From positions 10,603 through 74,602 of the forward strand of contig JABGPG010000136.1 of assembly GCA_018645085.1 (NCBI GenBank): DNA of 64,000 nt, read 5' to 3'. Source of the stretch: Deltaproteobacteria bacterium. GTDB taxonomy: Bacteria > SAR324 > NAC60-12. Each line of letters begins with the position of its first letter. Within the stretch, counting starts at the first letter, position 1. This document shows positions 27,206-36,095 of this stretch, one piece after another. The notes under the pieces were generated by a model that did not search any database, was not told the origin of the DNA, and worked only from the letters and a program-made list of their open reading frames with translations. The position numbers and the translations under genes were made by a program.

Positions 27206-28756
27206 ATGCCAACTAAGCATGAAATGACTTCAGTTACAGGCAAGCTGAATATACGTTACATTTTTGGGATGAAGCTCCGTAACTTCAGACAAGAAAAAGA
27301 TTATGGCCTGAAGGAACTTGCAGCACTGACAGGATTATCTGCGTCTTATATTAATGAAATTGAAAAAGGTAAAAAATATCCTAAAGCAGAAAAGATAATG
27401 ATGCTGGCAGATGGATTAGGTGTTGCTTATGACGACCTGGTCTCAATCAGTATGACAGGTCGGCTTGGTCAAATCTCAGAATTATTTTTTTCATCATCAG
27501 TATTGGGATCCTTTCCTTTTCAACTTTTTGGAATCACATTTGAAAATGTGATGGAGCTTTTTACGGCATCACCGAAGAAAGCCGCCGCGCTCATCAGTAC
27601 ATTAATGGAGATTTCAAGAGCGTATGACATGAATGTTGAGCAGTTCTTTTTAGCATCTTTACGGGCTTTTCAGGAAATGCACAACAACTACTTTGAGGAG
27701 TATGAAGAGTTGGCAGAAGAGTTTGCACGCAAACAGAAATGGAAACGTTTTCCGCCGCCCACCCGTGAAGAACTGATAGACACCCTCAGTAAGGTTCACG
27801 GAGTTGAAGCGAGAGTTGCGGATTTTTCAAGATATCCTGAACTGTCCGGGCAACGTTTTATTTTTCTACCAGGCAAGCCTCCGCAGTTATTGTTAAACGG
27901 TCAACTCACTCCCTCCCAGCATGTCTATTCAATGGCTTTACAAATCGGCTATTCTGAGTTGAAAATCCGCAAGCGTCTCCGTACTTCTCCCTGGAAAAAA
28001 TTCGATAGTTTCGACCATGTTATGGACAATTTCAGGGCTTCTTATTTTGCAGGTGCTTTGATGATAAATCGTTTTCAGGCAAAGGAAGAAGTTCAGGAAT
28101 TATTTCAGTCAGAAACATGGGATGGTGACGCTATTTTAAAGTTACTCAAACGTCATGAAGTTACTCCGGAAACATTTCTGCACCGTCTCAGTCAGATTCT
28201 TCCCGGACTGTTCAAAATAACGGAGCTGCATTATTTGCGTTTTGAGCATCAGATTGGGAAAAATGATATTCAACTGACCAAGGAATTGAACATGCCTAGA
28301 ACTTTAGTGCCGAGCGGTGTCCGTTTAAATGAGCACTATTGTCGACGTTGGTTACCGGTGTCTTTACTCAAAGATTTGGAAGAAGAACAGACTAAGCAGA
28401 AACCTGAAAAAATAATAATTCGTGCGCAGAGAGCACAGTTTATGGAAAGTGGAGACGAGGTGCTTTTTATTTCCATTGGACGACCATTGCGTTTAAAAAC
28501 AAAAATGAACCGCTGTGTCTCGCTTGGATTGAGGGTTGATAAAGCTCTGAAAGGAAAAGTTAAATTTTTAAATGATCCAAAAATCCCTGTAATGGAAGTT
28601 AATCAAACCTGTGAGCGCTGTCCCCTCGATGAGAGTCAGTGTTCAGTCAGGACTGCTCCGCACAATGTATACACAAGGGAAAAGAAAGAAGAACTATTAA
28701 ATCAAAGACTGGGAAATCTTGTCACCGATTATCGTGAAAAAAATCTTAAAATTTAA
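27206..28756 (+). CDS. ScfR/RamB/PrpR-like regulator (XRE HTH + ImmA-like/DUF955 + DUF2083 architecture)
   Basis: 516 aa. N-terminal HTH_XRE (LKELAALTGLSASYINEIEKGKKYP) and a long C-terminal domain of the size and organisation of short-chain fatty acyl-CoA regulators. Last gene of the acyl-CoA operon. Confidence 0.55.
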   Translation: MPTKHEMTSVTGKLNIRYIFGMKLRNFRQEKDYGLKELAALTGLSASYINEIEKGKKYPKAEKIMMLADGLGVAYDDLVSISMTGRLGQISELFFSSSVLGSFPFQLFGITFENVMELFTASPKKAAALISTLMEISRAYDMNVEQFFLASLRAFQEMHNNYFEEYEELAEEFARKQKWKRFPPPTREELIDTLSKVHGVEARVADFSRYPELSGQRFIFLPGKPPQLLLNGQLTPSQHVYSMALQIGYSELKIRKRLRTSPWKKFDSFDHVMDNFRASYFAGALMINRFQAKEEVQELFQSETWDGDAILKLLKRHEVTPETFLHRLSQILPGLFKITELHYLRFEHQIGKNDIQLTKELNMPRTLVPSGVRLNEHYCRRWLPVSLLKDLEEEQTKQKPEKIIIRAQRAQFMESGDEVLFISIGRPLRLKTKMNRCVSLGLRVDKALKGKVKFLNDPKIPVMEVNQTCERCPLDESQCSVRTAPHNVYTREKKEELLNQRLGNLVTDYREKNLKI

Positions 28757-28760
28757 AATA

Positions 28761-29510
28761 CTAAAGCGGAAAAAAGTAATTAAGATAGATCGTGTGTAAT
28801 TGACTTTGCTTCAAAAAAGGATTAGAAGCAGAATCAGAGAGGAAAGCTAACTGTTGGCCCAGCGAAAAACGATAATATATTAATAAATTGGAAGTGACGA
28901 AATAGGACACTCCGGTTTCTATAGCAAGAGCGATTTCATCTTCATAAGCATCATTACTGTCAGTTCCCGCAAAACGGGTTTTAGTAAACTGCAGCCCTGT
29001 ACCATAGTGCAAGTATAAGTCACGGCTGATTTTCGGGTATTGTATGTACCAGAAATTATTTTGGATTACCTCAAGTTTTTCTCCGGATTCTGCTAGATAA
29101 CTAAAAGATTCCGAGTGTTCAACAATCGAAATTTGCCTTTCATATTCTACTACCTGCTCATCCCAAAAATATCCCAAATTAAAGCCGATTCCGTTTGCAG
29201 TACCGTCTGAATCCGAAATACTGACTGTATCTGCTACTTGAAGCTTCACCCTACGGAATCCTACGCCAAAATAGAATCCGATTCCTTGAGCAGAAGTTCC
29301 GGAGACAAAAAAATCGGGTTCCTGAGTTGCAGTCCGTGCCTCTAAACTACGCTCTTCCATTTCACTTTGCTCAAGAGGAAGCTGTTCCTGTGCGTGAATT
29401 TCTACTGCAAAAAAAATTAAACAGCATAAAATCAACATGAACAGGACAGACTGGTGAATTGCAGTCTTCCTCAAGTTTTTTAAAGTAGATGGGCAACTAT
29501 TGTTTTTCAT
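28761..29510 (-). CDS. Putative outer-membrane beta-barrel protein
   Basis: Signal peptide (…FFAVEIHA/QEQ), alternating amphipathic beta-strand pattern, aromatic-rich C-terminus. Immediately downstream of lptD. Confidence 0.4.
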   Translation of the reverse strand: MKNNSCPSTLKNLRKTAIHQSVLFMLILCCLIFFAVEIHAQEQLPLEQSEMEERSLEARTATQEPDFFVSGTSAQGIGFYFGVGFRRVKLQVADTVSISDSDGTANGIGFNLGYFWDEQVVEYERQISIVEHSESFSYLAESGEKLEVIQNNFWYIQYPKISRDLYLHYGTGLQFTKTRFAGTDSNDAYEDEIALAIETGVSYFVTSNLLIYYRFSLGQQLAFLSDSASNPFLKQSQLHTIYLNYFFPL

Positions 29511-29514
29511 CTAA

Positions 29515-32169
29515 TCAATCCAAATCCGGTAAAATTTGTTCTGGAAGCGAAATGCCGCCCAGGTTAATGTAGGCATAGAGTGTACGGTCAATATATTCCT
29601 GTTCACGTCCGCTGTTTGAAACGGTTGTGCCGACATTTTCTGTGAGCGCAAGACGGATGTTCCAGCAGTCAGGCCGGTAATCCAGAGTGAGAGCGCTCGA
29701 ACTTAGACGCCGCCGAAAGGTATAACTGTCTGCATCTAAATTGACTGTTCCGGAAAATCCGAAAGCCAGTTTGTCACTTGCTTCAAAGCTGTTGCTGAAA
29801 CCAAATGTGTTAGCTGCCGCAACATCATTACCAAAAGGTGTTTGATAAGCTTCTTCGTTATTACGGAAATTCACCGATGCTTTGTTATGCGTACTCAAGC
29901 CTACACTTACTGCTGCAGAATATTCTACAACGCGTTTCTGCTGATGGTGATAACGATTGAACAGGTTTATTGAAAATGCGCTGCTGGGTGTAAAAATCAA
30001 GTTAGTACGCAAAGGTAACAAAGGTTGATCTGACTCAGTCTCATCACCTTTAACAGCAGGTCCGACAGGTTGAAAAAACGGATCTTTTTTGAAAAAATCA
30101 TAATGCTGGACAAAGTTCAAACTGGCGAGATTCCGGCTTTTTCCTTCACGTGTTTGACCACCGACCTGACTATTCAGCAGAGGAATTACTCCTTTTTCGA
30201 CATATCCGAGGATGGTGTTTTTTTGCTGAGTAGTTAATTTGTCACCAGTTAACCGAGCTAACTGCTCTGTAAATAATTTCTCAGAAGCAAATTCCTGTCC
30301 CAGAATCAGTGCTAATTTACGAATCAGCACAGGATCCAACTGATTCCTTCTCATTCTGTCCAATGAAAGAGATGTTAATTTAACACTTCGTTCAAAGAAA
30401 CGTCGTTTGACGAGCAGCACATTATCCAAGCGTAATGTCGCCAGTCTACGTGTAGAAACTGTTCCTCCAAAAGGAACTCCGGAAGTGGATGTTTGCCGGA
30501 CATCTTCGATGTAATCATATTGCAGGCGTGGTTTTATCAAGTGCTTGAAACGGCTGTAAATTCCGGAATCTGTCTTAAATGTCCTGGACAAAGTTGTGTT
30601 GATTTCCGCTTTACCGTCCAAAATATTGAAACCGTACGCATCTTCACTTCCAGACACATCCGGATCACGAACTTTGTAACTGGAAATCTTTTTCCCAACA
30701 TTAAAGCTGGCGTTAAAATGTTGGAAAAGCGGAAATTGAAAATTAAGTCTGGGAGTGACGCTTGCACCTTCACCATTGTATCCCTGTACTCTGTAATAGC
30801 GCACAGCAGATCCACTCAAGGAACTGCTCAAAGTTGATTTTCCGGAACGCCATAAAGAGTCACTAAATTGAAATGAAAGCGCTGGTAAATATTGAACTTG
30901 AGTGAGGTCAATTGCTCGGTTTAGGATAGCTAATTCACTGAAGGTACGTGTCTGAGTTGCAGAAAGTGTGATACTGCCTTTTGAAAACTGCCGGTTGATA
31001 TTTGCGGAAATCTGCTGTGCGGTATTAGGGCTTGTACTAACAACCAGTTCGTATTCCTTTTGAAACTGACTGTCACTGTAAACCAGCGCAGAGGCAATCA
31101 ATCGGCTTTGTACGTCTAACTGTTGATTGTGATTAAATTCAAATTTAAAACGTTGCGGATTTAAATCTGCAACTGCTAGCTCTTCGGAACTTAAACTTCC
31201 AGATTCATTTTCAGGATCACGCGGGTCACGTTCAAAAAATTGCTGGTATTTTATTTCACCCCGCATTCCCTCTTTCCAGGCATATTGATAATCCAAACGG
31301 AATCCTGGTCCGCGTCGTTCCACCCAGTCATATGTGAGTGTTAAATCTTGCTCCGGATCAATATTCCAAAAATACGGAATTCCTAAGCGGTAACCAAGGT
31401 CAAATTTTCTCAGACTACTGCGGACTATGAGATATTCCGGAGGAAGGAATCCTGATTGACGACGTTTTACAGTCGGCCAGGCAAGATACGGAAAGTAAAA
31501 AACAGGAACCCCACCGACTCTTAAAGTAGAACTGCTTGATGATGAGAAATTTTGTGAATAATAATTAACTTCACTACCAGTTATCTGCCATGCTGGAGAT
31601 TTCGGATTACAAGTTGTGAATGTACATGTTTTGGCAGTATATTCGTTTTTACCTACTCTGCGGACTTCTTTCGCGGTCATGTATGCTTTGCTTGAAGCAT
31701 CATAAAAAATGGTATTGATGAAAATTCCGGTGCCGTCTTTTATGTTTATTTCCAACTCATCCATCACTGCGATAATTTCCCCTTCTGTTACTCTGACATA
31801 ACCTTTTGCAGTTAATGTGTTTTTTTCGGGATGGTAAAGTATTTCCGTACTTTCCACAGAAATTCCTTCCCATTCAACCTTTGCATTGCGGTAAAGATAT
31901 GTTCCTGCTTCCGGATTATGTAAGTACGATTGTGTCTGAATCGAAAGTTGCGGAATATCCAATCCATCTTGCGCGGAGACTTGAACAGGTATAAAAACAA
32001 GTAAGGCCAGTATCCAAAAAGTAAGACTTGTAAAAGAACTCAAAATGCGAAAAAAGCGCCTCGAGTCTGTGTTGGAACCGGAATGTTGCTGGATTGAATA
32101 TTTTTTAGTCAATGAACGCAAGGGAATCATAATTGGCGGGAAGCGACAAAACATAAAACTGGCAGGCAA
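29515..32169 (-). CDS. lptD: LPS-assembly outer membrane protein LptD (OstA); annotated N-terminus probably too long
   Basis: 884 aa with the OstA N-terminal jellyroll (LTAKGYVRVTEGEIIAVMDELEINIKDGTG) and a large C-terminal beta-barrel. The signal peptide (LALLVFIPVQVSA/QD) starts about 40 codons after the first ATG. Confidence 0.85.
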   Translation of the reverse strand: MPASFMFCRFPPIMIPLRSLTKKYSIQQHSGSNTDSRRFFRILSSFTSLTFWILALLVFIPVQVSAQDGLDIPQLSIQTQSYLHNPEAGTYLYRNAKVEWEGISVESTEILYHPEKNTLTAKGYVRVTEGEIIAVMDELEINIKDGTGIFINTIFYDASSKAYMTAKEVRRVGKNEYTAKTCTFTTCNPKSPAWQITGSEVNYYSQNFSSSSSSTLRVGGVPVFYFPYLAWPTVKRRQSGFLPPEYLIVRSSLRKFDLGYRLGIPYFWNIDPEQDLTLTYDWVERRGPGFRLDYQYAWKEGMRGEIKYQQFFERDPRDPENESGSLSSEELAVADLNPQRFKFEFNHNQQLDVQSRLIASALVYSDSQFQKEYELVVSTSPNTAQQISANINRQFSKGSITLSATQTRTFSELAILNRAIDLTQVQYLPALSFQFSDSLWRSGKSTLSSSLSGSAVRYYRVQGYNGEGASVTPRLNFQFPLFQHFNASFNVGKKISSYKVRDPDVSGSEDAYGFNILDGKAEINTTLSRTFKTDSGIYSRFKHLIKPRLQYDYIEDVRQTSTSGVPFGGTVSTRRLATLRLDNVLLVKRRFFERSVKLTSLSLDRMRRNQLDPVLIRKLALILGQEFASEKLFTEQLARLTGDKLTTQQKNTILGYVEKGVIPLLNSQVGGQTREGKSRNLASLNFVQHYDFFKKDPFFQPVGPAVKGDETESDQPLLPLRTNLIFTPSSAFSINLFNRYHHQQKRVVEYSAAVSVGLSTHNKASVNFRNNEEAYQTPFGNDVAAANTFGFSNSFEASDKLAFGFSGTVNLDADSYTFRRRLSSSALTLDYRPDCWNIRLALTENVGTTVSNSGREQEYIDRTLYAYINLGGISLPEQILPDLD

Positions 32170-32421
32170 AAATTAACCTCAACCTCTGAGGGTGTTAAAA
32201 CCCTTGCTCCAATCTCACGAAAAACGAAGTAATTGCTGTACTTTAGCTGAAATGTACTAACACATGCAAACTTATTGCATCTCCAGAACAATGTCTGACA
32301 ACTTTTGCTAAATCCAGAATGCATTCTTTTTCAAATCAGATGGATTTTACTGAATTGTCATGGTATTCTGAGCAAGTCTGCTAAAGATCAATTTTATAAC
32401 AAGCTGCAAGTGGTGCAAATA

Positions 32422-33063
32422 ATGAATTTTGCTAAAATATTATTACTGACAATTTATTTTTTCTTTGGAAGTTTAGTTCTTCAGGTAGAGGAACTAAAGG
32501 CGCAGGATGGTTTTTTAGAAACAGAATCAATACGTCAGAAACTTTTCAGCAGGATGGATGACAGGAAAAAATCAAAACCGTTACGTACAATCAGTGAAAA
32601 TATCTTGATCGGTGTATTTAGCAGAGTTACTGATTCAGAAAGTGTCTGGATACGTATCGAAAGCCGTTCTGAATTTCGTAAATGGACATTCAAATTATCA
32701 AAGCAGAATCTGAATTTACCGCGTCAGGAAGTACGTGTCTGGCTAAAATACGTGTCACCAAAGCTGTCCATCAGTCACGGTAAGGAATACAATGAATGGT
32801 TCCGCAAAAAGGCTGCGTTTGAAATGCAGAAGATCTTCTACAACAGGCAGGTGAGGATCAATTATGATTTCTCCGAACGATTATACAGACTGGACGGAAT
32901 GGTCTGGACCGGTGACACAAATATCAATGTTTGGCTGGTCCGGAATGGTTGGTCATTTTATCTGCTGGAAACTGAACCGCCGCCTGAGCATGAAGACCTG
33001 CTGGCTGCAGAAAATGAAGCAAAACAACGACAAGTTGGTCTCTGGAAAGCAGAGTTGCAGTAG
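32422..33063 (+). CDS. Thermonuclease (SNase-like) family secreted nuclease
   Basis: Signal peptide MNFAKILLLTIYFFFGSLVLQ and SNase-like core (RLDGMVWTGDTNINVWLVRNGWS). The start was moved to the internal Met that precedes the signal peptide. Confidence 0.6.
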   Translation: MNFAKILLLTIYFFFGSLVLQVEELKAQDGFLETESIRQKLFSRMDDRKKSKPLRTISENILIGVFSRVTDSESVWIRIESRSEFRKWTFKLSKQNLNLPRQEVRVWLKYVSPKLSISHGKEYNEWFRKKAAFEMQKIFYNRQVRINYDFSERLYRLDGMVWTGDTNINVWLVRNGWSFYLLETEPPPEHEDLLAAENEAKQRQVGLWKAELQ

Positions 33064-33112
33064 TTGTTTTACAGGATTTTAAAGCATTTATAGTCACCTG
33101 CTAAACATATTA

Positions 33113-33904
33113 TTCAAACTTGTGCCGTTTCCAGCGGTATGGACTGTCGACGATTACTCCCGGTTGAGTTGCTGTTTCAAGTACTGCCAGACAATCACGG
33201 AAAATTTGTTTTTGCTGGGGTCGGTTAAATGCTTCTCCCATGGCGTGACCAAAAGGATATTTCAAGTGATATGTGCGTGGAGGTTTTACGGACTCAGTTA
33301 CTTTGCGGACAATTGAAATTCCTACAGTAGAAATTCCTTGTCGTTCGATTTCACGTTGGATCAGACCGACCGTCTGATTGCAGAGGCCTCAGGCCGGTAC
33401 CAACAGAGCAATGTCAACTTGCTGCTGTTTAATTTCTTGGGCCGCTTCAACAGCACTTTCCTGAATTAATGTTGTCAGGTGAGGTTCTTCGATGTGTCCC
33501 ATAAAGCTGTAATGATAAGGGCTTGACGCTCCTACTAGACCTTCCGCCTGAAGCTCACGTAAGACCTCAAAAGGCAGGATCAAATTTGGATCACGGTCTG
33601 CATCACGGTGGTCATAATATTTGTGGGAAATGGTTAAATCTTCCGCAGAAACGTCATGGGGGATTCTCCGGAATGAACTATCGCCCTGCGGATCGTTTAA
33701 ATCAAAGCCTTCTTCCGTTTTCAAGAGAATACCGCCGGTTGTAAAGAGCGCTATTTTACAGGCAGAGATGGGTTTATTGAGTTTTGTCCAGGGTACACGA
33801 TCAAAAAGCACTGCTTCGTAACTTTGTGCCCAAAAATTTTTCACTATGGGAATCCGAAATAACATAACCCATAATTTGTCCAGTAGAGTTTCTTTATCCA
33901 TCAA
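33113..33904 (-). CDS. PrdB/GrdB-family (D-proline/glycine/betaine reductase protein B-like) selenoprotein, stand-alone; UGA at 33389-33391 is read as selenocysteine (UGSC motif)
   Basis: The listed ORF 33389..33904 ends in TGA. Reading through gives 92 further sense codons to a TAA at 33110-33112. The junction ...ALLVPA-U-GSCNQTVGLIQREIERQGISTVGISIV... parallels ...TSTUGTCTRCGATMVKEIERTGIPVV... of reductase B selenoproteins. Upstream, LILPFEVLRELQAEGLVG parallels MPLDVLRELEKEGVIG. Confidence 0.75.
33360..33378 (-). promoter_or_regulatory. SECIS stem-loop for the PrdB/GrdB-like selenoprotein
   Basis: On the mRNA, AUCAGAC-GGUCG-GUCUGAU forms a perfect 7 bp stem with a 5 nt G-rich loop. It begins 10 nt after the UGA, the canonical bacterial SECIS position. 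Confidence 0.65.
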
Positions 33905-33925
33905 CGTTTTTAGAGAGTAAGTGGA

Positions 33926-34618
33926 GTGTCAGTCAAAGATAATTTAGCGCTAGTTCAGCAGCAGATAACGCAAGCTGCAATTCAGTCCGGTCGTACACCT
34001 GAAGAGATTCAATTAATTGCAGTCAGTAAAACTAAACCTATTGCACTGATTAAAGAGGCTTTGGCGGCCAAACAAACCGCATTTGGCGAAAACCGTATAC
34101 AGGAGGCACTGGGTAAAATAGAAGTGCTGAGCAACTCTCCTGAGGTAGAATGGCATTTGATAGGTCATTTACAAAAAAACAAAGTTAAGTTTTGCCCCGG
34201 AAAATTCCAGTGGATTCACTCTCTTGAGTCTATCGAATTGGCGGAAAAATTAGAAGCCCGTTGTGCTTTTGCAAAAGAGAAAATAAATGTGCTGATCCAA
34301 GTCAATCTTTCCCGTGAAGAGAGTAAATCCGGTCTGCAGGAATGGGATGATATTTCACGTCTTGCAGAATCCATTTCTGCCGGACAGTGGCTGAAGTTCC
34401 GTGGACTGATGACAATTCCTGCTCCAAATCTAGGAGAACTAAAAACCCGTAAAATATATGAGCAAATCCGCATGTGGCGTGATAAATTGCGGAACGAATT
34501 GGATTCAGCTGAAATTACTGAACTTTCAATGGGAATGACAGCGGATTATCATTGGGCTATTCAGGAAGGTGCAACCATGATTCGCGTTGGCACCGCTATT
34601 TTTGGCTCGAGGGATTAG
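33926..34618 (+). CDS. yggS: YggS-family pyridoxal phosphate homeostasis protein
   Basis: 230 aa with the alanine racemase N-terminal-like fold. Contains VSKTKP (PLP lysine) and HLIGHLQKNKVK motifs. Confidence 0.8.
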   Translation: MSVKDNLALVQQQITQAAIQSGRTPEEIQLIAVSKTKPIALIKEALAAKQTAFGENRIQEALGKIEVLSNSPEVEWHLIGHLQKNKVKFCPGKFQWIHSLESIELAEKLEARCAFAKEKINVLIQVNLSREESKSGLQEWDDISRLAESISAGQWLKFRGLMTIPAPNLGELKTRKIYEQIRMWRDKLRNELDSAEITELSMGMTADYHWAIQEGATMIRVGTAIFGSRD

Positions 34619-34633
34619 CGGGAACAGTTATTT

Positions 34634-34825
34634 TCACGAACCGTGTTGCAGGGTGTATTGTATGTTTTCCAGCAGTTTGCGTTTGCTGAGATAAAAACAC
34701 CAGCTACGACGTGCTTGTTTCCACGTAAGTATCACCAACACAGTCAGCAATATAGCAAGGATTGGAAAAGCAAGTAATTGATAATCGATAATTAATTTGA
34801 CGAACTCGTTTGTCTGAATGTTCAT
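34634..34825 (-). CDS. Small hypothetical membrane protein
   Basis: 63 aa with one hydrophobic helix (LLAFPILAILLTVLVILTW). Weak support. Confidence 0.2.
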   Translation of the reverse strand: MNIQTNEFVKLIIDYQLLAFPILAILLTVLVILTWKQARRSWCFYLSKRKLLENIQYTLQHGS

Positions 34826-34859
34826 GTGGAATTATGGTTCCTGAAGCATGTTCAATATA

Positions 34860-36026
34860 TTAAGCAGGATCTACCCATTTTCCCTGCTCCTGAATCAGCT
34901 CGATTAAACGTTCCACAGCTTGTGCTGAAGGAATGTTACGTTCAACGCATGTTTGTCCGTGATAGAGGCTGATTTTTCCAGGGCCAGCTCCAACGTAGCC
35001 AAAATCAGCATCTGCCATTTCTCCCGGACCATTGACTACGCAACCCATGATTGCAATTTTGACTCCTTTGAGATGTGAAGTGCGTGCTTTAATTTGCGAG
35101 GTTGTACTTTCCAGATCAAAAAATGTGCGTCCGCAAGATGGGCAGGAGATAAAATCTGTGTTATATATTCTGGCTCGTGTTGACTGAAGAATGGACTGTG
35201 CCACCGGAATTTCGTTTTCTGAAGCTTCGGTGAGTGAAACCCTGATAGTGTCTCCTAGACCGTCACAAAGCAAAGTACCAATTCCAACCGCACTTTTTAT
35301 CCGTCCGTCGAGTTCATTGCCTGCTTCCGTGACTCCCAAATGCAGTGGATAATACATGTCCTCTGCGTCCATAGCTTGTACAAGCTGCCGATAGGACTGA
35401 ATCATCACCAGCGGATTTGAAGATTTCATTGACAGCACAGTCTGCTCAAAGTCATGTTTTCGCAGTATACGTAAGTATTCAAGAGCGGATTCAACCATAC
35501 CTGCCGAGGTATCACCAAAACGGTTCATTACACGGTCTGAAAGTGATCCGTGGTTGGTGCCGATTCTTAACGCACAGCCATATTTTTTCAGGTTTTTAAT
35601 CAACGGGAGCATTTTTTCCTCAACACGTGCCAATTCTTCCTGATACTGCTGATCGGTGTATTCACGGATTTCAAATTTCTTCCGGTCAACAAAATTACCT
35701 GGATTGATACGTACTTTTTCTACGAACTCACAAACGTTAATCGCCAATTTAGGATTAAAATGAATATCTGCAACCAGCGGTCGTTTTATTCCGCGCTTCT
35801 CCATTTCAACACGGATTGCAGGCAGACTGTCTACTGATTTTTGATTAGGAACAGTCAAACGGATGATTTCACAATCAACTGCATCCAAACGGGAAATTTC
35901 TGCAATACATGCCGCAACATCGGTGGTGTCGGATGTCAGCATTGACTGAATCCGAATTGGCTCAGTGCTTCCAATCTTGAGGGTACCAATTGAAACTGTG
36001 TTGGTTTGACGTCTTTTGGGGAGCAA
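34860..36026 (-). CDS. ispG: 4-hydroxy-3-methylbut-2-en-1-yl diphosphate synthase (flavodoxin)
   Basis: 388 aa GcpE, with the TIM-barrel N-domain and C-terminal 4Fe-4S domain carrying the conserved Cys (ISCPSCGRT...GCVVNGPGE). Confidence 0.9.
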   Translation of the reverse strand: MLPKRRQTNTVSIGTLKIGSTEPIRIQSMLTSDTTDVAACIAEISRLDAVDCEIIRLTVPNQKSVDSLPAIRVEMEKRGIKRPLVADIHFNPKLAINVCEFVEKVRINPGNFVDRKKFEIREYTDQQYQEELARVEEKMLPLIKNLKKYGCALRIGTNHGSLSDRVMNRFGDTSAGMVESALEYLRILRKHDFEQTVLSMKSSNPLVMIQSYRQLVQAMDAEDMYYPLHLGVTEAGNELDGRIKSAVGIGTLLCDGLGDTIRVSLTEASENEIPVAQSILQSTRARIYNTDFISCPSCGRTFFDLESTTSQIKARTSHLKGVKIAIMGCVVNGPGEMADADFGYVGAGPGKISLYHGQTCVERNIPSAQAVERLIELIQEQGKWVDPA

Positions 36027-36095
36027 ATTAAGTTTTTTGTTGAGGTTAAAGGTTATGGTGATTGAAGAAGAAAATCTCCCGTACTTAATATATTT

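Noticed and set aside
30493-30837. Short ORFs embedded inside and antisense to lptD, mutS, spoT, trpB and other large genes
   Set aside because: They are fully contained within strongly supported genes on the other strand or frame and show no family similarity. They were treated as spurious.
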